Notes: generated by a model not told the origin, from the sequence alone. A stretch of 46,485 bases of DNA from an uncultured Thermoplasmata archaeon (GCA_964455305.1 CAYVVU010000002.1:1-46485); one strand, 5' to 3'; positions 31,986-40,598 are shown, counted from the first letter of the stretch. Numbers and translations: made by a program.

Positions 31986-33272
31986 TTACCACCTATAACC
32001 TACAGTTATGTATGGTATATCAATTTTTTTAGATATAGTCCTTCTTCCGTCAGCAATCAGTACTAAATTTTTATATCTACTGTAATCTAAGTTTTTAAAC
32101 TCATCCCAGTCTGCTTGAATTATACATATTTCCGCTTTTTTTAGAGCATCATCCACATTATCTACATATGTTATATTTGGGAACAATTGCTGGAAATTTT
32201 CCTTGGCCTTAGGATCATATGCAATTATATGGGCACCTCTCTTAATGAGTTCGTTTACTATTATAATTGCTCTAGACTCTCTTACATCATCTGTGTTTGG
32301 TTTAAAAGATAATCCCAAAACACATACAGTTTTACCTTTCAGCGATCCTACCTTTTCTTCAACTCTATCTACCAGATGCTTTGGCTGATAATCATTTACC
32401 TCTAGAACGGATTTAAGTAGAATAGGCTCGTAGGATTTTTCTTCCGAGAATTTTATCAGGGCTTTTAAATCCTTTGGAAAGCAGGAGCCGCCGAATCCAA
32501 CACCAGCGTTAAGAAAGTATGGGGATATTCTGTGATCCATACCAACCCCCTTCATAACATCGTATACATCCACGCCACCAATTTTCTCACAGATATTAGC
32601 GATTTCATTAGCAAACGAGATTTTAGTGGCTAGAAAAGCGTTGGAAGCATATTTTATCATTTCCGCAGTTTTAAGATTAGTCCTAAGTATCGGTGCGTTT
32701 AATGGCTTATACAAATTTTCAAGAAAGTCTCCGCTCTTTTTATCATATTCACCAATAACTATTCTATCAGGATTGAAGGAATCATATATTGCGCTCCCCT
32801 CCCTCAAGAATTCGGGATTCATACATACACCGAAATCTCTTCCCACTTTTTTACCACTACCTTTTTCAAGTATAGGTATAACAACATTTTCTGTGGTGCC
32901 CGGAAGTACAGTGCTCTTAACAACAATAACCTTATATCTATTTATTCTCTTGGAAATCTCTTCTGAAGATTTTCTTACATAATCAAGATTTATACTTCCA
33001 TCTTCTTTGCTAGGCGTACCCACACAAATAAAAATAATATCACTTTCATTGATAATATCATAGGAAGTGGATGCCGAAAGTGCTTTGCCAACATGTTTTT
33101 CAAGAAGTTCTTGCAAGCCTTTCTCATATATGGGTGCTTTTCCAGCGTTTATCTTCTCAACCTTCTCTTCATCAATATCAACTAAGGTCACTCTGTGGCC
33201 TAATTCGGCGAATAATACCGCTGTAGATATGCCTACATATCCTGCACCTGCTATTCCTATTTTTTTCATCAT
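31986..33272 (-). CDS. UDP-sugar 6-dehydrogenase (UDP-glucose/GDP-mannose dehydrogenase family; Ugd or WbpA-like)
   Basis: N-terminal Rossmann motif KIGIAGAGYVGISTA, catalytic GFGGSCFPKD, and a C-terminal UDP-binding domain. The substrate (UDP-Glc versus UDP-GlcNAc) cannot be decided by eye. Confidence 0.85.
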   Translation of the reverse strand: MMKKIGIAGAGYVGISTAVLFAELGHRVTLVDIDEEKVEKINAGKAPIYEKGLQELLEKHVGKALSASTSYDIINESDIIFICVGTPSKEDGSINLDYVRKSSEEISKRINRYKVIVVKSTVLPGTTENVVIPILEKGSGKKVGRDFGVCMNPEFLREGSAIYDSFNPDRIVIGEYDKKSGDFLENLYKPLNAPILRTNLKTAEMIKYASNAFLATKISFANEIANICEKIGGVDVYDVMKGVGMDHRISPYFLNAGVGFGGSCFPKDLKALIKFSEEKSYEPILLKSVLEVNDYQPKHLVDRVEEKVGSLKGKTVCVLGLSFKPNTDDVRESRAIIIVNELIKRGAHIIAYDPKAKENFQQLFPNITYVDNVDDALKKAEICIIQADWDEFKNLDYSRYKNLVLIADGRRTISKKIDIPYITVGYRW

Positions 33273-33287
33273 CAGCAGTTAAACCAA

Positions 33288-33301
33288 ACATATATATATT
33301 G
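33288..33301. promoter_or_regulatory. single central alternating-AT TATA element shared by divergent genes (starts at 33269/33272 and 33321)
   Basis: ACATATATATATTG is centred about 23-26 nt from both start codons. Confidence 0.45.
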
Positions 33302-33320
33302 TTTATCTATGTACGCAAAT

Positions 33321-34142
33321 ATGAAAGCTGTTATTCCCGCTGCGGGCTTGGGCACCAGAATGCTCCCAATAACAAAATCGCAACCTAAAGAAATGCTACC
33401 GGTTTTAAATAAACCGGCCATACACTATGTTGTGGAAGAAGCAGTAAACTCTGGATGTGAAGATATTTTGATAATCACGGGCAGAAGCAAAAGGGCTCTA
33501 GAGGATTATTTTGATAGAAATCTTGAACTTGAAGAATTTCTGAGGAAAAGAGGAAAGAAAAAAGAGTTGGATGAAATTATAAAAATATCTGAAATGGCAA
33601 ACATTATGTACATAAGGCAAAAGGAGCCTCTTGGATTAGGACATGCAATTCTTCTCGCCGAAAAATTTGTTGGAAATGAACCTTTCGCGATATTACTCGG
33701 GGATGATATAATAATAGATGATATTCCCGCCACTAAGAAATTAATTGATGTGTATAATAAAACTGGGGATCCTGTTATAGGAGTTATGGAGGTGGAAAAA
33801 CATGAAGTGAATAAATACGGAATAATAAAGCCATCCCATACAAGCAATCCACCTATATATGTGATTGACGATGTGGTTGAAAAACCCGAGATACATAAAG
33901 CCCCGTCCAACCTGGCCATAGTGGGAAGGTATGTTCTTACGCCCGAGATCTTTACATATCTTAAAAAAATTGAACCTGGTAAAAATGGAGAATATCAATT
34001 AACCGATGCGATTAAACTTTATTTGTTCGTGAGAAAAGTACTTGCCCTTAAAATTGAAGGAGTAAGGCTAGACATAGGTTCCCTAGAATCTTGGCTTGAA
34101 GCAAATATATATATGGGAAAAAGACTTGGAATAATCAAATAG
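33321..34142 (+). CDS. galU: UTP--glucose-1-phosphate uridylyltransferase
   Basis: MKAVIPAAGLGTRMLPITKSQPKEMLPV, ITGRSKRALEDYFD and the EKP block. The ORF-track frame opens at 33309, but promoter spacing favours 33321. Confidence 0.85.
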   Translation: MKAVIPAAGLGTRMLPITKSQPKEMLPVLNKPAIHYVVEEAVNSGCEDILIITGRSKRALEDYFDRNLELEEFLRKRGKKKELDEIIKISEMANIMYIRQKEPLGLGHAILLAEKFVGNEPFAILLGDDIIIDDIPATKKLIDVYNKTGDPVIGVMEVEKHEVNKYGIIKPSHTSNPPIYVIDDVVEKPEIHKAPSNLAIVGRYVLTPEIFTYLKKIEPGKNGEYQLTDAIKLYLFVRKVLALKIEGVRLDIGSLESWLEANIYMGKRLGIIK

Positions 34143-35109
34143 AAATAACCATCTTTTTACTTGCTGCTTCCTTAACTTTTTCAATGATTTCAACAGCTTT
34201 TTTACCAACATACATATCTGCTTTTGGTTTAGTTCCATTTTTTATACACCTAACGAAATCTAAAAGTTCCTCTTTCAGAGGTTCCTTATAAGGTACCCTC
34301 CTAATAAAACTACCCTCATTTTTTATTGATTCTTTTGTTATTGAAGCATCATACACAACGATTTCATCGGGTTTAAGATAATCTATTTTTGCAGAAGATT
34401 CGGTACCAATAACAATTAATTCCCTAATTTTACCACCAACTGGAAAGTTCCAACTTACATGGATATATCCAAAAGTTTTTTGAAATTTCATAAAAATATG
34501 GGCATCCTCCTCAATACCTTTTATAAAATTACTGTTAAGTTTCGCAAATATTTCAACAGGATCTTCATTTAAAAGATAAGTATAAATATCAACATCGTGG
34601 ATTGCAAGAGCCATTAAAACTCCCATGTCTTTGCGTGGTACCCTAAGCGATAATCTTCTCGTATATAATGTTAATATATCACCAAATTCTCCCCGTGATA
34701 TCATATTTTTTAACTCAATAAGTGCTGGGTGGTATCTAAATATATGTCCAACCATCAAGATTCTTTCAAAAGATTTTGAAAGATTTATCAACTCCTCACA
34801 TTCAATACTATTTTCTGCCATAGGTTTTTCCACTAGTACATGTTTTCCGTTCATAAGAGAATTCTTTGCTAGGGTATAATGGGTGGGTGTTGAAGAAGAT
34901 ATATCTACCGCATCAATGCTTTTATCTTCAATAATTCTCCTTGGATTCGTTTCGTATTTAACTCCAAAATCTTTTGCAAGAGGTTTCACAGCATTTTCAT
35001 TTATATCACACAAAATAAAATCATCTATAATTCCTTCATCTTTCAATTCTCTCCATACTCTGGCATGGTTTCTTCCCCAGTAACCGGTGCCAATTAACCC
35101 AACTTTCAT
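34135..35109 (-). CDS. Gfo/Idh/MocA-family NAD-dependent oxidoreductase (WbpB-like UDP-GlcNAcA 3-dehydrogenase candidate)
   Basis: MKVGLIGTGYWGRNHA Rossmann start and an EKP motif (VLVEKPMA). GAGGTG SD 7 nt upstream of the ATG at 35109. The ORF-track N-terminal extension to 35211 overlaps the upstream gene and is rejected. Confidence 0.75.
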   Translation of the reverse strand: MKVGLIGTGYWGRNHARVWRELKDEGIIDDFILCDINENAVKPLAKDFGVKYETNPRRIIEDKSIDAVDISSSTPTHYTLAKNSLMNGKHVLVEKPMAENSIECEELINLSKSFERILMVGHIFRYHPALIELKNMISRGEFGDILTLYTRRLSLRVPRKDMGVLMALAIHDVDIYTYLLNEDPVEIFAKLNSNFIKGIEEDAHIFMKFQKTFGYIHVSWNFPVGGKIRELIVIGTESSAKIDYLKPDEIVVYDASITKESIKNEGSFIRRVPYKEPLKEELLDFVRCIKNGTKPKADMYVGKKAVEIIEKVKEAASKKMVISI

Positions 35110-35110
35110 T

Positions 35111-36196
35111 TTAAACACCTCTATAAAATTCTCGGATTTTATTTGCGATAAATATTGCATCTTCATCGCTAAGTTGCGGATGCATAGGTATTGATAATAT
35201 TTCATCAACAATTTTCTCGGTTATGGGCAATTTTGTCGGAGGAAATCTTTCCTTTATACATGGCTGTAAATGAACGGGAATCGGGTAATAAAGTCCCGTG
35301 GCGATGCCTTGATTATGTAAATATTCCCTTAATTTGTCTCTCGTTTTAGCCCTGATCGTATAAACATAATAAACATGTCTTGCCCAATCCTTAACCGTAG
35401 GAGTAACAACAACATCTTCTAAAATTTCGTTGTATATTTTTGCAATTTCATTTCTTCTTTTTATCCAATCCTCCAAATGTTTTAATTGTATTCTGCCTAC
35501 CCCAGCAAGAATCTCGCTAAGGCGGAAATTGTATCCCAACATTGTGTGTTCATATTTTTTGATTCTTCCTTGGTCTCTCAGGGTTGCTATTTTTTCAGCA
35601 AGTTCTTCATCATTTGTAACAACCATGCCACCATCACCGGCCACGGTCATAACCTTAGATGGGAAAAACGAAAATGCAGATGCTATTCCAAAGTTTCCAA
35701 CTTTTTTATTATAATAAAGTGCTCCATGCGCCTGTGCACAATCCTCTATAAAATACAAATCGTGTTCTTCCGCAATTTCCAAAAGAGGTTTTATATCCGC
35801 AGAATGGCCGTAAAGGTGTACCGCAACTATGGCCTTCGTTTTTTCTGTAATCTTTTGTTTTACATCGTCGGGGTCCATCGTATATGTGTTTTCATCAATA
35901 TCGGCAAAAATTGGTTTGGCACCCATATGAACTGCAGGCGTTACGGTTGCTATGAACGTATGCGATGGTGTAATAAATTCAGCACCATTTTTTATTCCCA
36001 AAGCATCATATATTAACCAAAGTGCTGTTGTACCGGAACTGGTACTCACAGCATATTTCGCGCCAAGATATTCTGCAAATTCTTTTTCAAATGCTTTACT
36101 TTCGGGACCTTTTATATATCTTCCAGACTCAAGAATTTCTAATACCCTTCTTTTGATTTCATCATCCACATACATTTTTACCAGTGGATACTTCAT
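35111..36196 (-). CDS. DegT/DnrJ/EryC1-family PLP aminotransferase (WbpE-like)
   Basis: Typical N-terminus (YIKGPESKAFEKEFAEYLG), DCAQAHG, and the FSFFPSKVMT PLP lysine. GAGGTGG SD 5 nt upstream. Confidence 0.85.
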   Translation of the reverse strand: MKYPLVKMYVDDEIKRRVLEILESGRYIKGPESKAFEKEFAEYLGAKYAVSTSSGTTALWLIYDALGIKNGAEFITPSHTFIATVTPAVHMGAKPIFADIDENTYTMDPDDVKQKITEKTKAIVAVHLYGHSADIKPLLEIAEEHDLYFIEDCAQAHGALYYNKKVGNFGIASAFSFFPSKVMTVAGDGGMVVTNDEELAEKIATLRDQGRIKKYEHTMLGYNFRLSEILAGVGRIQLKHLEDWIKRRNEIAKIYNEILEDVVVTPTVKDWARHVYYVYTIRAKTRDKLREYLHNQGIATGLYYPIPVHLQPCIKERFPPTKLPITEKIVDEILSIPMHPQLSDEDAIFIANKIREFYRGV

Positions 36197-36205
36197 AAGA
36201 CCACC

Positions 36206-36808
36206 TCAATAAGAAATTTCATCGGCCCATTTTATTATACGAGCAGGGTTCCCGGCAACCACAGCATTGTCTGGAACATCCTTTGTTACCACCGCTCCTG
36301 CTCCTACAAGAGCATTCTTTCCTATCCTAACACCAGGTAATATTGTTGCGTTTGCACCTATTTTAGCGTTTTCTTCAACAATCACTCCTTTGAGATTTTC
36401 CTTTACACCGGGATATCGGGGATATTTCGCATTTGTCAGAACAGCTCTTGGACCAATCCAAGCATTCTTTTTAATTACACAGTACTCTGGAATAAATGCT
36501 TGAGAATGTATTCTTACATTATCTTCAATTTTGACCTTGAATTCTATAACAGTATTTGTGCCTATGCTTACATTGTCGCCTATTTCGTTAAATTCTCTTA
36601 TTCTAGTTCCATGCCCTGTCTGGAAATTCTTGCCTATTTTGTTGCCTGCATATATACTTGTATGCGACCTTATTACAGAATCATCTCCAATAATTGTAGA
36701 TAGTTCATCCTCACCATAGCCCTTTGGAGGTATGCCTATAACCACAAAGTCCCCTATGTGTACGTTTTTACCAAGTATAACATTTCCGATTAATTTGTAG
36801 CTTATCAT
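36206..36808 (-). CDS. left-handed beta-helix (hexapeptide) N-acetyltransferase (WbpD-like)
   Basis: Repeated [LIV]-G-x4 hexapeptides throughout (IGKNALVGAGAVVTKDVPDNAVVAGNPARII). Start at the ATG at 36808, or at a GTG at 36853 that overlaps the upstream stop. Confidence 0.75.
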   Translation of the reverse strand: MISYKLIGNVILGKNVHIGDFVVIGIPPKGYGEDELSTIIGDDSVIRSHTSIYAGNKIGKNFQTGHGTRIREFNEIGDNVSIGTNTVIEFKVKIEDNVRIHSQAFIPEYCVIKKNAWIGPRAVLTNAKYPRYPGVKENLKGVIVEENAKIGANATILPGVRIGKNALVGAGAVVTKDVPDNAVVAGNPARIIKWADEISY

Positions 36809-36849
36809 GGGAAGTGGAGTATGAAAACATAAAATATAAAATTTATTCC

Positions 36850-37935
36850 TCACATCCTAAATTTAAATTTCTCAATGATTTTATCTTTATTTTTTATGTA
36901 TTCATCTCTGGAATATGGGTAGTTTTCAATAAAGTATACAAGAAATTCTGGTATATCTACGAGATTTTTAATTTCATTTTTGATTATATCTTTTTTAGGT
37001 GTGAGCAAATTCGTAATATTTTCATTATTTAGTTCTTTATAACTATTAAAAATCTTGAGGAAACCTTTATCTGATAAGTGCAATATTACACTTTCTAGTT
37101 TTGCACGAGGAGAAATTAGAATAGATGGTATTCCAAGACAAACCGCTTCTCTGGCAGACATATGACCTTCACCGATATAACCTGAAGAAAATGCTAAGGC
37201 ATCATGAAACATGTAGGGTGGAATATCTAAAGGTTTTCCGTATGGAATTTTGCCTATGATTTTTTCCTCTGATGATATAAAAACCTCACCTAACCTAGAT
37301 AAACTTTTGATAATTTTTTCTCTCTCCTCCCAAGTTATATCTAAACTTAATCTCCAATCATGAGATGCATCCCAGGCGGAAAAACGTACTATGAAAAATT
37401 TATCATATTGGCTTATGTTTAAATAATCTAAAACTTTTTTATCTGGTTCAAAATATTTTGGATGTAAATATGCAAGGGGTCTCCATGTTGGTAAAGAAAT
37501 ATGTTTATTTTTCGGAAATTTATATTTAAAACACTCTTCCGTAATAAAAATATCTGTGAAAGGTTCCGTTAATTTTATAATTAATTTAGCATCTTCAGTA
37601 TCTGCAAAAGTTATGTGTGGTTTACCTATTATTTTGCTAACTTGTGCAGAGTATGGTGAGGTCATACTTATAAGAATATCTGGATTTATCTTCTTTGTTA
37701 TTTTAAGTAGCTTCAAATCATTTTTAATCATAGTTATTGCTTTAGGAATAATCCCTTTGGCATTTGGATATAATTCTATGTAACTCATATTTAAACGTTC
37801 AAGAAGGACTTTCACAGCATTCTCTCTTTCTCTCACAACGATAGATATATCATGTCCTCTATCTTTAAGCATTTTTATTACATGTTTAAACAGATGTACA
37901 TGGCCTGGATGACCTAAATCAAACAATACTCTCAT
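36850..37935 (-). CDS. DUF354-family GT-B/epimerase-like protein, first gene of the diacetamido-sugar operon
   Basis: MRVLFDLGHPGHVHLFKHVIKMLKDRGHDISIVVRERE matches my recollection of the DUF354 N-terminus. A TATA-like AAAATTAATATATC lies about 30 nt upstream. The ORF-track start at 37980 is rejected. Confidence 0.55.
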   Translation of the reverse strand: MRVLFDLGHPGHVHLFKHVIKMLKDRGHDISIVVRERENAVKVLLERLNMSYIELYPNAKGIIPKAITMIKNDLKLLKITKKINPDILISMTSPYSAQVSKIIGKPHITFADTEDAKLIIKLTEPFTDIFITEECFKYKFPKNKHISLPTWRPLAYLHPKYFEPDKKVLDYLNISQYDKFFIVRFSAWDASHDWRLSLDITWEEREKIIKSLSRLGEVFISSEEKIIGKIPYGKPLDIPPYMFHDALAFSSGYIGEGHMSAREAVCLGIPSILISPRAKLESVILHLSDKGFLKIFNSYKELNNENITNLLTPKKDIIKNEIKNLVDIPEFLVYFIENYPYSRDEYIKNKDKIIEKFKFRM

Positions 37936-38358
37936 CCGGTCAAGGAAAAACTTAAAGTGATATATTAATTTTTCAATCACATGCTTTTAACAATACCTCT
38001 GCATATATCCAAGTGGAAGCAGATCAATTGAAAAGACCGGGATAATCTGTTGAAGAGAATGCTTAACAGAAGAGTATACTCACAGAGCTCTTATAAGGGG
38101 AACTTAAGAAATTCTCGATCATATACAAACTTTATCTTCTAATGAAATGAATTATATTGGCGAACCTTCAAATTATATCTTTTCCCAATACGCTATGCTA
38201 GAACTAGCCATCATTGCTAAAACAATTCATATATCCTCATTATATTTTATACCACAGAATGTCTCCTAACATCTTCATCATTCTCCTACACACTTTCTCG
38301 GCATACATATTATCTAACTCTTATGTGAAGATACTGTATAAAGACAAAAGTTTTATGA

Positions 38359-39336
38359 ATGATACTTCATTTAGCATTAACAATGCTTGATATGTATAAC
38401 TTAATGTATTGTGCAATATGTTCCTTTGCGCTATCTCTGATAGCCATAGTACTATATCTTAAGATGGGTGGGGTTGGTTTATGGCGTGACGATATTAATA
38501 AACCTGTTAAAAGAAAAGTACTTACAGCGGGAGGAATACCTGTACTTATAGTTCTTTGCGGTTCATATATTTATTTGGGTTTGGCGTTCAAGGCAGAATT
38601 AAAACTATTCCATGGTCTTGTTCTCGCAACGATAATGGCTATGGTTATTGGATATATTGATGATGTATATGATATAAAGGTATGGAAAAAGGTGCCACTG
38701 ATGCTCATTCCTCCTATACCTTTGGTTATAATGTCTCTGCCTGATCCTTTATGGAATCATACAACTGTTTTTGGGATAGATTTCGGTGTTCTTTATTGGC
38801 TACTAATTATACCGATAGTATATATGGGGTTTAGTAATGGAGCAAATATAATCGCTGGTTATGATGGATTGGAAGGAGGTGTTTACATACTTATACTTAT
38901 TCTTTACATTTTCATAGGATTTATATCTAAAAATGATATAGTTTTATATCTATCTATCCCTCTTCTTGCTGTGATCAGTGCATTTGAAATTTTTAATTTA
39001 CCTCCATCTAAATTACTACTTGGAAATGTTGGCAGTTTTTCCATAGGTGGTATTTTAGGCATAATACCACTTGCAGGAAATTTTGAAGTAGTTTTACCAA
39101 TAATTTTTCTCCCTCATTTGATTGAATTTTTCTTTAAGATAAGATACAAAGGCGAGACCTCTGTGTTTGGTGTTGTTGACGAGAAAGGTATAATTCACAA
39201 TAAAGATGGTATAAAATCGGTAATTCACTGGGTAATTTCTTGGGGTAATATGACCGAGAAAAAGATAACTGCAGTTATGTTATCAATTGAAGCTATTCTT
39301 TGTGTTGTAGCATTTTTTGTCTGGTATTTATTATAA
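38359..39336 (+). CDS. aglH: polyprenyl/dolichyl-phosphate N-acetylhexosamine-1-phosphate transferase (MraY/WecA/AglH family)
   Basis: About 10 TM segments, the IGYIDDVYDIK (DDxxD) motif and the NGANIIAGYDGLEGG motif. The start may instead be the ATG at 38383. Confidence 0.8.
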   Translation: MILHLALTMLDMYNLMYCAICSFALSLIAIVLYLKMGGVGLWRDDINKPVKRKVLTAGGIPVLIVLCGSYIYLGLAFKAELKLFHGLVLATIMAMVIGYIDDVYDIKVWKKVPLMLIPPIPLVIMSLPDPLWNHTTVFGIDFGVLYWLLIIPIVYMGFSNGANIIAGYDGLEGGVYILILILYIFIGFISKNDIVLYLSIPLLAVISAFEIFNLPPSKLLLGNVGSFSIGGILGIIPLAGNFEVVLPIIFLPHLIEFFFKIRYKGETSVFGVVDEKGIIHNKDGIKSVIHWVISWGNMTEKKITAVMLSIEAILCVVAFFVWYLL

Positions 39337-39382
39337 CTATCAATCACAAACTTTTAAAACATCCAGCATATAACCATATTTA

Positions 39383-39817
39383 ATGTTTGAGCTAAATCTG
39401 GTGATGGATCCCTCGTTAGGTAGGTATAACGATCTTGACGAGTTGCTGCTTAGATTTCTTGTGGATATAGGATATTTGCCAAAGAGTCCACGGGGCAGAA
39501 TTCCTTCCGATTTGAGCAAGTCAACAGCCTACCGTCTTTTTAAGGAATGTTTTGTAAAACATCCAGAAAAGTTCTGGACACCGGAGGAAATGATCAGTTA
39601 TCTGGGGACAACGAGGACTACCCTTTATCGGCATCTTAACCGCCTCAAGGATTTGGATATTCTTGAGGAATCCATGGAAGGTAAAAACAAAGGTTATAGG
39701 CTAAGGTATGGAAGCATAGAGAAGGCATGGATGTTTGTGGAGAGCAATGTGAAAATAGTGCTTGAATATTATCGCGAGGCAGTTAAAAAGATTGAGAGAT
39801 TAGCTCGGGAGGTGTGA
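39383..39817 (+). CDS. winged-helix (ArsR/MarR-like) DNA-binding protein
   Basis: EEMISYLGTTRTTLYRHLNRLKDLDILEE recognition-helix region. A TATA-like ACTTTTAAAAC lies about 30 nt upstream. Confidence 0.55.
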   Translation: MFELNLVMDPSLGRYNDLDELLLRFLVDIGYLPKSPRGRIPSDLSKSTAYRLFKECFVKHPEKFWTPEEMISYLGTTRTTLYRHLNRLKDLDILEESMEGKNKGYRLRYGSIEKAWMFVESNVKIVLEYYREAVKKIERLAREV

Positions 39818-39819
39818 TT

Positions 39820-40074
39820 ATGAAGGGCTTGAAAGTAGGATCTAAGTATGTATTTTATGTAGCGGTGAGCAGAGAAGACCTTATGGTTACCTCTGGAACA
39901 TTTGTGGGATATAGATTACTGGGTGAGGATGCAGCCGTATGCGTCAAGCTGGACGAAACGCATGGCGAAAAGAAGGGACAGATTAGGATAATACCCATAA
40001 GCTTCATAGCGGCTATAGACATAGTTGAAGAGAACAGCGAATCCGAAACTACCGAAGATATATATTACTCCTGA
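39820..40074 (+). CDS. small beta-rich hypothetical protein (84 aa) translationally coupled to the wHTH gene
   Basis: GGGAGGTG SD 5 nt upstream of the ATG at 39820. The ORF-track frame opens at a GTG at 39814 that overlaps the upstream stop. Acidic C-terminus. No family recognised. Confidence 0.5.
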   Translation: MKGLKVGSKYVFYVAVSREDLMVTSGTFVGYRLLGEDAAVCVKLDETHGEKKGQIRIIPISFIAAIDIVEENSESETTEDIYYS

Positions 40075-40598
40075 AGTTCCAGAACGAATATATCATCGTA
40101 TATTGGACCCTTGGGCGTTAGTTGGCTTTTTTTCAGTTTTATTTCCTCAATGATAACGGATCCGAAATCTTTTTTCAGGTAGGGACGCGGGTCAAATCTG
40201 ATGAAACCCTTTACCCTAGCAATAGTTATATGTGGCACATATGATTTTTCTTTTTTGAATCCCATTTGATGAAAACATTCGTCCAATCTCCGCATAATTT
40301 CCGAAAGAATATCTTTTCCCTCATCAACTCCTATCCATATTACTCTTGGTTTTGAGAGAGATGGAAAAGCCCCAAAACCTTTCAACTTTATTGAGAACTT
40401 TTTGAAGTTTTTACACGAACTTTCAATGCAATTCTTTATATCCGACAGTTTATCATCACTTACCTCGCCAAGGAATTTCAAAGTTATATGGAGATTTTCC
40501 TTCTCAACGGCTTTAACCTTTCCCGCTTTTTTCACATAACTCATAACGCCCTCTATTTCGGTGTTGATGGGTATATCTACTGCAACGAAAAGCCTCAT
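40065..40598 (-). CDS. thpR: RNA 2',3'-cyclic phosphodiesterase / 2'-5' RNA ligase (2H phosphoesterase, LigT/ThpR)
   Basis: MRLFVAVDIP start and two H-x-T/S motifs (LHITLKFLG, PHITIARV). The 37-codon hydrophobic extension in the ORF track is rejected. Confidence 0.8.
   Translation of the reverse strand: MRLFVAVDIPINTEIEGVMSYVKKAGKVKAVEKENLHITLKFLGEVSDDKLSDIKNCIESSCKNFKKFSIKLKGFGAFPSLSKPRVIWIGVDEGKDILSEIMRRLDECFHQMGFKKEKSYVPHITIARVKGFIRFDPRPYLKKDFGSVIIEEIKLKKSQLTPKGPIYDDIFVLELQE

Noticed and set aside
35430-36212. Plus-strand ORFs of 86-176 aa inside the aminotransferase gene
   Set aside because: They are shadows of a gene with a clear DegT signature and PLP lysine on the minus strand.
38259-38390. 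43-codon plus-strand ORF suggesting a frameshifted N-terminus of aglH
   Set aside because: The annotated aglH frame already contains the expected first TM helix and the basic loop before GGIP, so no frameshift is needed.
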